A stretch of 64,000 bases of DNA from the NCBI GenBank assembly GCA_964019425.1, contig OZ025795.1:124001-188000 (forward strand), written 5' to 3'. The notes beneath the pieces are model-generated. The model searched no databases and was not told the DNA's origin. It saw only the letters and a list, made by a program, of their open reading frames with translations. The translations under genes and the position numbers were made by a program. This DNA comes from Flectonema sp. DT1601. Lineage: Eukaryota. Below, piece by piece: positions 43,238 through 54,394 of the stretch (positions are counted from its first letter, which is position 1; the number at the start of each line of letters is the position of its first letter).

Positions 43238-46200
43238 TTTAGACAGTCAGTTTCAGAGAAAGCAACGCTCAGACACGAAAGCTACGTCAACAAATAGCAT
43301 TCAGGTGACTCACGGTCTGCAGAACTATGAGATCGGCTTTCTATCTCGTCAATCATTCGCGTTGCTATGTTTCCCTTTTTTTACAACTCCCACAAAAAAC
43401 AGAAAAGATGTCGCACACACAGAGCTCAGACAGCAGGACGGTAGTTGCAGTTTGGTTTCATGAGTAAAGGTTGGAAGCCATCAAATATTATGATAAGGTG
43501 ATCATCTTCGCTCTGAATGACGACAATTCAAATCAAAGACAGGTTCTGGAAAGGTTCTCAAATCAGACAAAGTAGTAGTAAGAAGTTATCGTCAAATATA
43601 ATCCGACATATGCTTGTTATGATATGTGATCATCATATTACTTTAGACAGTCAGTTTCAGAGAAAGCAACGCTCAGACACGAAAGCTACGTCAACAAATA
43701 GCATTCAGGTGACTCACGGTCTGCAGAACTATGAGATCGGCTTTCTATCTCGTCAATCATTCGCGTTGCTATGTTTCCCTTTTTTTACAACTCCCACAAA
43801 AAACAGAAAAGATGTCGCACACACAGAGCTCAGACAGCAGGACGGTAGTTGCAGTTTGGTTTCATGAGTAAAGGTTGGAAGCCATCAAATATTATGATAA
43901 GGTGATCATCTTCGCTCTGAATGACGACAACTCAAATCAACGAGAAGAAGAAGAAGAGAGAACGACAAGGAAACACGAAGTCAGCAAGTTTTAAACCTTT
44001 TTTCAAGTCACGAGAAATCAGAAGCAAGACTGGCGTTGGAAAGGTTGTGTGTGTTATCCATCATGAGAATCATGTGAGAAGTGCTGGTATTCCAAATGCA
44101 TGAAAGGAATCGAAAAAGAACAACGCACTCACAACAGCAGGGCAACAAAAGGATCAGCTTGAAGGCCGAAATTACTTGAAATCAATAAAAAGGATTTTCA
44201 TACGAACGAGATCTATTGGGTAATTTCTATATCATCATGAGATATTGTGGAATCAATAACAACACAGAGAGGCGGATCTCAGGCAAAGTCAGATGAGCGA
44301 ATGGCAAACATCTTCCGAGGTTGTCTGGACCCACAAAACAGCAGGGGATTCGACTCGGCTATCCTTCAACAACAGGCAGGCAATACGATGAATGGAACAA
44401 CGACCTCACAACAGCGGGCAACAAAAGGATGAAGACCAGACAATCAGACAGCCCGTCGTTGTTTGTCACCAGATCTGCACCCAAAGGGAGCAGGTAAGGC
44501 ATCAGCTTGCAATACGACTTTCTCATCATGTGTCTGAAATTACTTCAAAGGAGATACATCAAGAGATTCTTGTACACGTGGGTGTGCGTTAATTCCATAT
44601 CCGGAAGGAACGCGACCGTATTGCGTACTTTCTAAAAAGAGATTGGGAACTTCTTCAACAACACACAAAAAGGATCAGCAGGGAAGCAGGAACACGACAG
44701 ACAAAGCAACGCTCAGACACGAAAGCTACGTCAACAAATAGCATTCAGGTGACTCACGGTCTGCAGAACTATGAGATCGGCTTTCTATCTCGTCAATCAT
44801 TCGCGTTGCTATTTTCCTCCTTTTTTCCAACTCCCACAAAAACGCAGAAAAGATGTCGCACACACAGAGCTCAGACAGCAGGACGGTAGTTGCAGTTTGG
44901 TTTCATGAGTAAAGGTTGGAAGCCATCAAATATTATGATAAGGTGATCATCTTCGCTCTGAATGACGACAACTCAAATCAACGAGAAGAAGAAGAAGAGA
45001 ACGACAAGGAAGCACGAAGTCAGCAAGTTTTAAACCTTTTTTCAAGTCACGAGAAATCAGAAGCAAGACTGGCGTTGGAAAGGTTGTGTGTGTTATCCAT
45101 CATGTGAATCATGTGAAGGAAGTGAATGTTCGAAGACCAGACAATCAGACAGCCCGTCGTTGTTTGTCACCAGATCTGCACCCAAAAGGAGCAGGTAAGG
45201 CATCAGCTTGCAATACGACTTTTTCATAACGTGTCTGAAATGAATACATAAAGTCAGGTGTGAGGCCTCCCACAATACATAGCACAGCAAAGCTCAAATC
45301 AGACAAAGTAGTAGTAAGAAGTTATCGTCAAATATAATCCGACATATGCTTGTTATGATATGTGATCATCATATTACTTTAGACAGTCAGTTTCAGAGAA
45401 AGCAACGCTCAGACACGAAAGCTACGTCAACAAATAGCATTCAGGTGACTCACGGTCTGCAGAACTATGAGATCGGCTTTCTATCTCGTCAATCATTCGC
45501 GTTGCTATGTTTCCCTTTTTTTACAACTCCCACAAAAAACAGAAAAGATGTCGCACACACAGAGCTCAGACAGCAGGACGGTAGTTGCAGTTTGGTTTCA
45601 TGAGTAAAGGTTGGAAGCCATCAAATATTATGATAAGGTGATCATCTTCGCTCTGAATGACGACAACTCAAATCAACGAGAAGAAGAAGAAGAGAGAACG
45701 ACAAGGAAACACGAAGTCAGCAAGTTTTAAACCTTTTTTCAAGTCACGAGAAATCAGAAGCAAGACTGGCGTTGGAAAGGTTGTGTGTGTTATCCATCAT
45801 GAGAATCATGTGAGAAGTGCTGGTATTCCAAATGCATGAAAGGAATCGAAAAAGAACAACGCACTCACAACAGCAGGGCAACAAAAGGATCAGCTTGAAG
45901 GCCGAAATTACTTGAAATCAATAAAAAGGATTTTCATACGAACGAGATCTATTGGGTAATTTCTATATCATCATGAGATATTGTGGAATCAATAACAACA
46001 CAGAGAGGCGGATCTCAGGCAAAGTCAGATGAGCGAATGGCAAACATCTTCCGAGGTTGTCTGGACCCACAAAACAGCAGGGGATTCGACTCGGCTATCC
46101 TTCAACAACAGGCAGGCAATACGATGAATGGAACAACGACCTCACAACAGCGGGCAACAAAAGGATGAAGACCAGACAATCAGACAGCCCGTCGTTGTTT

Positions 46201-47121
46201 GTCACCAGATCTGCACCCAAAGGGAGCAGGTAAGGCATCAGCTTGCAATACGACTTTCTCATCATGTGTCTGAAATTACTTCAAAGGAGATACATCAAGA
46301 GATTCTTGTACACGTGGGTGTGCGTTAATTCCATATCCGGAAGGAACGCGACCGTATTGCGTACTTTCTAAAAAGAGATTGGGAACTTCTTCAACAACAC
46401 ACAAAAAGGATCAGCAGGGAAGCAGGAACACGACAGACAAAGCAACGCTCAGACACGAAAGCTACGTCAACAAATAGCATTCAGGTGACTCACGGTCTGC
46501 AGAACTATGAGATCGGCTTTCTATCTCGTCAATCATTCGCGTTGCTATTTTCCTCCTTTTTTCCAACTCCCACAAAAACGCAGAAAAGATGTCGCACACA
46601 CAGAGCTCAGACAGCAGGACGGTAGTTGCAGTTTGGTTTCATGAGTAAAGGTTGGAAGCCATCAAATATTATGATAAGGTGATCATCTTCGCTCTGAATG
46701 ACGACAATTTAACGGAAATAACGATGATGGTTACTCGAATAGTAGTTTTTATGTAGATGACAGTTTTCAATGGATAACTTTGACTAAAATACTATGAAAC
46801 CTGTAGAATAAGGAGACTTGATAAAAGGCTTTCTAAGCAACTCATCATTCAGCACTCATGATAAACCGAATGGCTGGTTTGGGGGGGCGGGGGGAACTCA
46901 TCATCTTTTCTCATCAAATGTTGTTTGAAAAGATCTTCTTCGTACTTTGGGTTTCCCCAATTTAATTTAATCATTTATTATTTTTTTGTTTTTTTTATGA
47001 GGTTTTTTTTTAACTTTTTTTTGTTTTTCGTGGTTTTTCACCTGCAGCCCTTGCAGGAAGATAACAACTTCTTGCGGACGTAAAAACAAGGCTGCAGAAG
47101 TGCAAATATAAACAACGCTTC

Positions 47122-48300
47122 TTAACGGTTGGTCTTGGCAACACGCTCAATTCCGTCCTTTTCCTTGATGGCGAAGGAGTTCGATGATCCCTTTGCGGCG
47201 TTGACGAGCTCGTCGGCAAGGCATTCAGAGATGGACTTGATGTTTCTGAATGAGGCCTTTCTGGCTCCAGCGGTCAAAAGGGAGATGGCCTGTGTTTTTA
47301 TATATTGTTAGTTTATTTAATACAGTTGAACTGAAAGATAAATAAAATAATACTTCACTCTACTACAAAGAGGAGGAGTATCAGATCTCCCTACATTATT
47401 GAGAACACGACAACTATCAAAAGAGCTGAACATGCCCTTCTGATGCAGGTCACACAGCTAACCGATCAAAGAATCTCGCGTACTTGGGAGACCCCAAACC
47501 CATTGGCTATCATTAGGGCACATGTGGGGGACTATGAAGACACGCCGAACCATAACACAGCATCAGATCTCCCTACATTATTGAGAACACGACAACTATC
47601 AAAAGAGCTGAACATGCCCTTCTGATGCAGGTCACACAGCTAACCGATCAAAGAATCTCGCGTACTTGGGAGACCCCAAACCCATTGGCTATCATTAGGG
47701 CACATGTGGGGGACTATGAAGACACGCCGAATCATAACAAGCATCGATTGCCCGCCAGCGAAACCGCAACAAAGAAATAAGAAAAAAATTACATACGACG
47801 TTGACACGACGAAGTGGGGAAACGTCAACGGCCTGACGACGAACAACACCGGCGGATCCAACACGAGTCGAGTCTTCTCTGGCTCCGGACTTGGCAACGG
47901 CGTCAACAAGGATCTGTTTTTTTGTTGATTTTGCATTGTTTTGATTCTCTTCGTTTCATTGCAAAGCAACTCATCTAGTGAGCCTACAACTTTTACATAC
48001 CTGAAGTGGGTTGCTGTCGGTCATGAGGTACATGATCTCGAAAGCGTGACGAACGATACGGCAGGCCTGGATCTTCTTACCGTTGTTACGTCCGTGCATC
48101 ATGATGGAGCAGGTGAGACGTTCAACAACTGGGCACTTGGCCTTTCTGAATCTCTTCTTTGACCATCTTCCTGATGAGTGAGGAAGGTAGATAGGCTTCA
48201 GGGTGATGTAGTCCTGGAGGGAAAGGTCAGCGCACTTGACATCCTCGGCGGACCACTTTCCGAACAACCTGACGTTGGTCTTGATGGCAGGGGCAGTCAT
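47122..48300 (-). CDS. RPS5: 40S ribosomal protein S5 (uS7) copy A, 194 aa; exons 48300-48001, 47913-47797, 47289-47122
   Basis: The spliced translation is complete: LFGKW...[14 protein letters not shown]...NNGKK | [27 protein letters not shown] | [15 protein letters not shown]...ERVAKTNR*. Both introns are GTATGT...CAG. Confidence 0.95.
47383..47451 (-). ncRNA. Intronic single-hairpin AGA-box snoRNA B (one per 182-bp unit; 13 copies in the window)
   Basis: Lower stem CCUGCAU/AUGUAGG, upper stem GGCAUG..CAGCU/AGUUG..CGUGUU, then G-AGA-UCU. The pocket AGAA + CUCAAU would fit euglenozoan SSU AUUGAG-U-G-UUCU (target recalled from memory). Confidence 0.7.
47471..47546 (-). ncRNA. Intronic single-hairpin AGA-box snoRNA A (13 copies); predicted target LSU helix 69 GGGAG-Psi-A-ACUAUGA
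   Basis: Lower stem GCGUG(U)CUU/AAGUACGC, pocket UCAUAGU + CUCCC complementary to both sides of UA in H69, upper stem CCCC/GGGG, 14 nt to the AGA box. Confidence 0.8.
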
Positions 48301-48495
48301 TTTAATAAGGTAAGTTGTGAGATAAACCTGCTAAATAAAAGATTATAATATCTGATGACACTGTAGACTGTTAACTAATGATTTAAATCCAGGTGATCCT
48401 TCCTAATGACAAAATAAAAAGGAACCCTTAATGGAATTCATCCCTTGAGTAACCGCACAAATGACGGTGCGAGCAACAGAATAGTTGAAAGCATT

Positions 48496-49674
48496 TTAAC
48501 GGTTGGTCTTGGCAACACGCTCAATTCCGTCCTTTTCCTTGATGGCGAAGGAGTTCGATGATCCCTTTGCGGCGTTGACGAGCTCGTCGGCAAGGCATTC
48601 AGAGATGGACTTGATGTTTCTGAATGAGGCCTTTCTGGCTCCAGCGGTCAAAAGGGAGATGGCCTGTGTTTTTATATATTGTTAGTTTATTCAATACAGT
48701 TGAACTGAAAGATAAATAAAATAATACTTCACTCTACTACAAAGAGGAGGAGTATGAAATCTCCCTACATTATTGAGAACACGACAACTATCAAAAGAGT
48801 TGAACATGCCCTTCTGATGCAGGTCACACAGCTTACTGATCAAAGAATCTCGCGTACTTGGGAGACCCCAAACCCATTGGCTATCATTAGGGCACATGTG
48901 GGGGACTATGAAGACACGCCGAACCATAACAAAGCATCAGATCTCCCTACATTATTGAGAACACGACAACTATCAAAAGAGTTGAACATGCCCTTCTGAT
49001 GCAGGTCACACAGCTAACCGATCAAAGAATCTAGCGTACTTGGGAGACCCCAAACCCATTGGCTATCGTTAGGGCACATGTGGGGGACTATGAAGACACG
49101 CCGAATCATAACAAGCATCGATTGCCCGCCAGCGAAACCGCAACAAAGAAATAAGAAAAAAATTACATACGACGTTGACACGACGAAGTGGGGAAACGTC
49201 AACGGCCTGACGACGAACAACACCGGCGGATCCAACACGGGTCGAGTCTTCTCTGGCTCCGGACTTGGCAACGGCGTCAACAAGGATCTGTTTTTTTGTT
49301 GATTTTGCATTGTTTTGATTCTCTTCGCCTCATTGCAAAGCAACTCATCTAGTGAGCCTACAACTTTTACATACCTGAAGTGGGTTGCTGTCGGTCATGA
49401 GGTACATGATCTCGAAAGCGTGACGAACGATACGGCAGGCCTGGATCTTCTTACCGTTGTTACGTCCGTGCATCATGATGGAGCAGGTGAGACGTTCAAC
49501 AACTGGGCACTTGGCCTTTCTGAATCTCTTCTTTGACCATCTTCCTGATGAGTGAGGAAGGTAGATAGGCTTCAGGGTGATGTAGTCCTGGAGGGAAAGG
49601 TCAGCGCACTTGACGTCCTCGGCGGACCACTTTCCGAACAACCTGACGTTGGTCTTGATGGCAGGGGCAGTCAT
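48496..49674 (-). CDS. RPS5: 40S ribosomal protein S5 copy B; exons 49674-49375, 49287-49171, 48663-48496
   Basis: Near-identical to copy A at an offset of 1374, including both introns and two 182-bp units. Confidence 0.95.
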
Positions 49675-49943
49675 TTTAAGGAGTAAGAGATGTAATCTAA
49701 TAGAGGAGAAATAAATTGTTGACCAGTCTTCTAAACCACAGTTAGGCTAATCTACTTAATTGATAAGCCTCATGTATCTGTTTAAAGTTTTATATTTATG
49801 CGGAGTAACCTGATAGAAGTGAAGAAGTATTTCCCTGCTAAGACTAAATAACAACAATTGCCTAATAACCTGCCTTAGACATTAACTTGGAAGCTCTCCA
49901 TAAAAAGAGAGATTTCTGACTTGTAAAATTGATAAATCCAAAT

Positions 49944-52396
49944 TTAACGGTTGGTCTTGGCAACACGCTCAATGCCATCCTTTTCCTTGATGGCGAAGGA
50001 GTTCGATGATCCCTTTGCGGCGTTGACGAGCTCGTCGGCAAGGCATTCAGAGATGGACTTGATGTTTCTGAATGAGGCCTTTCTGGCTCCAGCGGTCAAA
50101 AGGGAGATGGCCTGTGTTTTTATATATTGTTAGTTTATTCAATACAGTTGAACTGAAAGATAAATAAAATAATACTTCACTCTACTACAAAGAGGAGGAG
50201 TATCAGATCTCCCTACATTATTGAGAACACGACAACTATCAAAAGAGTTGAACATGCCCTTCTGATGCAGGTCACACAGTTTACTGATCAAAGAATCTCG
50301 CGTACTTGGGAGACCCCAAACCCATTGGCTATCATTAGGGCACATGTGGGGGACTATGAAGACACGCTGAACCATAACAAAGCATCAGATCTCCCTACAT
50401 TATTGAGAACACGACAACTATCAAAAGAGTTGAACATGCCCTTCTGATGCAGGTCACACAGTTTACTGATCAAAGAATCTCGCGTACTTGGGAGACCCCA
50501 AACCCATTGGCTATCATTAGGGCACATGTGGGGGACTATGAAGACACGCTGAACCATAACAAAGCATCAGATCTCCCTACATTATTGAGAACACGACAAC
50601 TATCAAAAGAGTTGAACATGCCCTTCTGATGCAGGTCACACAGTTTACTGATCAAAGAATCTCGCGTACTTGGGAGACCCCAAACCCATTGGCTATCATT
50701 AGGGCACATGTGGGGGACTATGAAGACACGCCGAACCATAACAAAGCATCAGATCTCCCTACATTATTGAGAACACGACAACTATCAAAAGAGTTGAACA
50801 TGCCCTTCTGATGCAGGTCACACAGTTTACTGATCAAAGAATCTCGCGTACTTGGGAGACCCCAAACCCATTGGCTATCATTAGGGCACATGTGGGGGAC
50901 TATGAAGACACGCTGAACCATAACAAAGCATCAGATCTCCCTACATTATTGAGAACACGACAACTATCAAAAGAGTTGAACATGCCCTTCTGATGCAGGT
51001 CACACAGTTTACTGATCAAAGAATCTCGCGTACTTGGGAGACCCCAAACCCATTGGCTATCATTAGGGCACATGTGGGGGACTATGAAGACACGCTGAAC
51101 CATAACAAAGCATCAGATCTCCCTACATTATTGAGAACACGACAACTATCAAAAGAGTTGAACATGCCCTTCTGATGCAGGTCACACAGTTTACTGATCA
51201 AAGAATCTCGCGTACTTGGGAGACCCCAAACCCATTGGCTATCATTAGGGCACATGTGGGGGACTATGAAGACACGCCGAACCATAACAAAGCATCAGAT
51301 CTCCCTACATTATTGAGAACACGACAACTATCAAAAGAGTTGAACATGCCCTTCTGATGCAGGTCACACAGTTTACTGATCAAAGAATCTCGCGTACTTG
51401 GGAGACCCCAAACCCATTGGCTATCATTAGGGCACATGTGGGGGACTATGAAGACACGCTGAACCATAACAAAGCATCAGATCTCCCTACATTATTGAGA
51501 ACACGACAACTATCAAAAGAGTTGAACATGCCCTTCTGATGCAGGTCACACAGTTTACTGATCAAAGAATCTCGCGTACTTGGGAGACCCCAAACCCATT
51601 GGCTATCATTAGGGCACATGTGGGGGACTATGAAGACACGCCGAACCATAACAAAGCATCAGATCTCCCTACATTATTGAGAACACGACAACTATCAAAA
51701 GAGTTGAACATGCCCTTCTGATGCAGGTCACACAGTTTACTGATCAAAGAATCTCGCGTACTTGGGAGACCCCAAACCCATTGGCTATCATTAGGGCACA
51801 TGTGGGGGACTATGAAGACACGCCGAATCATAACAAGCATCGATTGCCCGCCAGCGAAACCGCAACAAAGAAATAAGAAAAAAATTACATACGACGTTGA
51901 CACGACGAAGTGGGGAAACGTCAACGGCCTGACGACGAACAACACCGGCGGATCCAACACGGGTCGAGTCTTCTCTGGCTCCGGACTTGGCAACGGCGTC
52001 AACAAGGATCTGTTTTTTTGTTGATTTTGCATTGTTTTGATTCTCTTCGCCTCATTGCAAAGCAACTCATCTAGTGAGCCTACAACTTTTACATACCTGA
52101 AGTGGGTTGCTGTCGGTCATGAGGTACATGATCTCGAAAGCGTGACGAACGATACGGCAGGCCTGGATCTTCTTACCGTTGTTACGTCCGTGCATCATGA
52201 TGGAGCAGGTGAGACGTTCAACAACTGGGCACTTGGCCTTTCTGAATCTCTTCTTTGACCATCTTCCTGATGAGTGAGGAAGGTAGATAGGCTTCAGGGT
52301 GATGTAGTCCTGGAGGGAAAGGTCAGCGCACTTGACGTCCTCGGCGGACCACTTTCCGAACAACCTGACGTTGGTCTTGATGGCAGGGGCAGTCAT
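49944..52396 (-). CDS. RPS5: 40S ribosomal protein S5 copy C; exons 52396-52097, 52009-51893, 50111-49944
   Basis: Same exons as copies A and B. Intron 2 is 1781 nt, which equals 507 + 7 x 182. Confidence 0.95.
50201..51838 (-). repeat. Nine tandem 182-bp units (two-snoRNA cassette) inside intron 2 of RPS5 copy C
   Basis: Exact 182-bp period (50265, 50447, ... 51539 in the ORF track). Two-unit versions lie at about 47379-47742 and 48753-49116. Confidence 0.95.
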
Positions 52397-52866
52397 TTTG
52401 TGGCAATAAAGAAGAATCTGAAGTGGAAATAAACAATAAGTTGACCACACCTCATTACAAATATGAGATCAAAATCAAATAAACATATCTTCAAACAAAT
52501 GAACTGATATCATTACAACAATGATTCAAACAATACAAAACTGTTGAAGAACAGAACAAAAACAAACGTGTAAATGACTTATGTAAATGGCACATTAAGG
52601 ATGAACTCATTCAGCTAGTTGTGCCACTACATAATAATTAGAAACAAAACAACGAGAGAATAAATAACATAGAACATGTATTTCATAAAAAGAACATATA
52701 AAGCTGACTCCCTTTTGATCATTTGGCATAAAGAAACCAATTAAAGTAGCTCACTATCTCACTCCTGATGAGGTACCACAGGCTGCTGAAAAGCAGAGTG
52801 AATCGAAACTTTTATATATAAAAAAAAGAATCCTCCACCAAAACTATTTTTGAGAATCATGCCATG

Positions 52867-54123
52867 CTATGTACTTCTTGATGATGATGGTGTTTGAAGT
52901 GGGCAGTGAGACATTGGCATCGCGTATCCAGCAGCTGGATTGCTGAGGTGCTGACTCGATAAAGAAATCGGATCTGGAAAGCTTGGATAGAATTTATATA
53001 ATTTTGGCTCAAAGTCAAACGATGATGTTTGAACCTCAGATCGAGTAGCTCTGCAAATTAAACGAAATATTGCTTGGGCTACCAACGGAGCATGAGAATC
53101 AGGTAAGTCGTGATGAACACCTTCCAACAAAAGTAAATCCGAAGCAGGAACAGCAGAAGCTAACTGTAGAGCATCAGACACTGGTACGAATATATCATTC
53201 GTACCGTGGACGATTAGCATCGGTTTTCTCCATTGAAGAAGAGATTCAACATCAAGAGGAGTGTAATCTCCATTCCTATCCTCAAGTAGTGATAAACACC
53301 ATTCTTGTCTGGAGTGACAGCTCTCAAGAAGTTCGAGTGGACACTTTCTTTCACAAGCAGGATTATGTTTAAATGACAGCAGTGCCTGTAAATATACTTC
53401 AGTTAAAGTTGCCGTACCATAAGTACTTCCTGGTGTACAGAGCTGTCGATTTCGCTCAGCCAGGTACCTGGCTTTGGCAAGAACGCTGTCCCGAGGACTT
53501 GGGTGAGTTAGTTTTTGTTTTTTTGCATCTAAGGAGCGCGTATCACTTTTACAACAAAGCAGTTTTCTTCGGATTTCCGAAGAAGGAATGATTGCCTCCA
53601 GTGGACTGCCAATAAGAGTAAGAGTAATGCAGGCCTCGGGAAACGACTCTGCGAATACTCTCGCTAGTAAACTACCAGAACCAAATCCCACAACATGACA
53701 AGCAACAACACATAATCGGAATAGTAATTGCTCAATGTCTTTAGCGATTGTAGAAGCAGTGTAGGGAACTTCCTTTTGAACGACCTTGTTCCTAAATCGT
53801 TTCATTAACCTTTCATAAAGTGTTGGTCCCCTAGAGGTATATATTGTACTACCACCTGAATCTCTCATATTGAATCTGATTACTGTGCAGCCTTTTTCTA
53901 CGAGAAGTTGTATAAATGATTTCTCAGGCCATATGCTAGTTGTTCCCACTTGTCCGATGTCACATACGAGAAGGATGACCATCTCTGTTGATATCCATTC
54001 ACCAAAAACTTGGTATTCAATATCTGCCGAATCGATTCTCAAAGTACAAGTTTTTCTTGCATGATAGCCAGCAGGTTTGTGCGTCGGAAGTGACTTCCGA
54101 CGTCGCACCGACGCTGACATCAT
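52867..54123 (-). CDS. Alpha/beta-hydrolase-fold protein, probably lacking the catalytic nucleophile
   Basis: VIRFNMRDSGGS, PYTASTIAKD, HVVGFGSG, PMLIVHGTNDIFVP and EGVHHDLP motifs. Confidence 0.8.
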   Translation of the reverse strand: MMSASVRRRKSLPTHKPAGYHARKTCTLRIDSADIEYQVFGEWISTEMVILLVCDIGQVGTTSIWPEKSFIQLLVEKGCTVIRFNMRDSGGSTIYTSRGPTLYERLMKRFRNKVVQKEVPYTASTIAKDIEQLLFRLCVVACHVVGFGSGSLLARVFAESFPEACITLTLIGSPLEAIIPSSEIRRKLLCCKSDTRSLDAKKQKLTHPSPRDSVLAKARYLAERNRQLCTPGSTYGTATLTEVYLQALLSFKHNPACERKCPLELLESCHSRQEWCLSLLEDRNGDYTPLDVESLLQWRKPMLIVHGTNDIFVPVSDALQLASAVPASDLLLLEGVHHDLPDSHAPLVAQAIFRLICRATRSEVQTSSFDFEPKLYKFYPSFPDPISLSSQHLSNPAAGYAMPMSHCPLQTPSSSRST

Positions 54124-54394
54124 CTCTACTGATACGAGATAAAAATAACATAAAAAATTGAAAATATTTTTTATAAAAAAAAAAACTTATTTTTACTTCC
54201 TTCTTTGATCCATCAGATTTTATAAAGCTACAGAGAAATATAATATTTATCACAAAAAAGTAAACTACTAAAACAATATAATCGCTTTCAGGTTAATACC
54301 TGTGTGTGCATATATGATTCTAAATGAGAGCTTCGAGTCGATTACAGACGTGTAGAATTCACGTCACCAGAAACAATAATAAACAGAGAAGTTA

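Larger units (their letters stand above)
41522..46696 (-). repeat. Complex tandem array (periods about 2140, 1736 and 404 bp) forming an amplified snoRNA gene cluster
   Basis: Near-identical blocks (e.g. 42107/44247/45983) built from 8 recurring modules with C/D boxes or AGA-box hairpins on the minus strand, separated by U/C-rich spacers. Confidence 0.9.

Noticed and set aside
41778..46328. Repeated short plus-strand ORFs in the tandem array; array as a transposon, SL RNA or 5S rRNA repeat
   Set aside because: The ORFs are antisense to snoRNA modules and lack protein motifs. I recognised no transposase/RT, spliced-leader exon or 5S sequence.
46840..46905. Two AUGAUGA boxes and a CUGA between the snoRNA array and RPS5 copy A
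   Set aside because: The spacing gives only about 55 nt, and I found no terminal stem or rRNA antisense.
50201..51838. 182-bp array as a CRISPR array, satellite or repeat-encoded 60-67-aa peptides
   Set aside because: There are no unique spacers and the context is a eukaryotic intron. A period of 182 is not a multiple of 3, and the unit is explained by two AGA-box hairpins.
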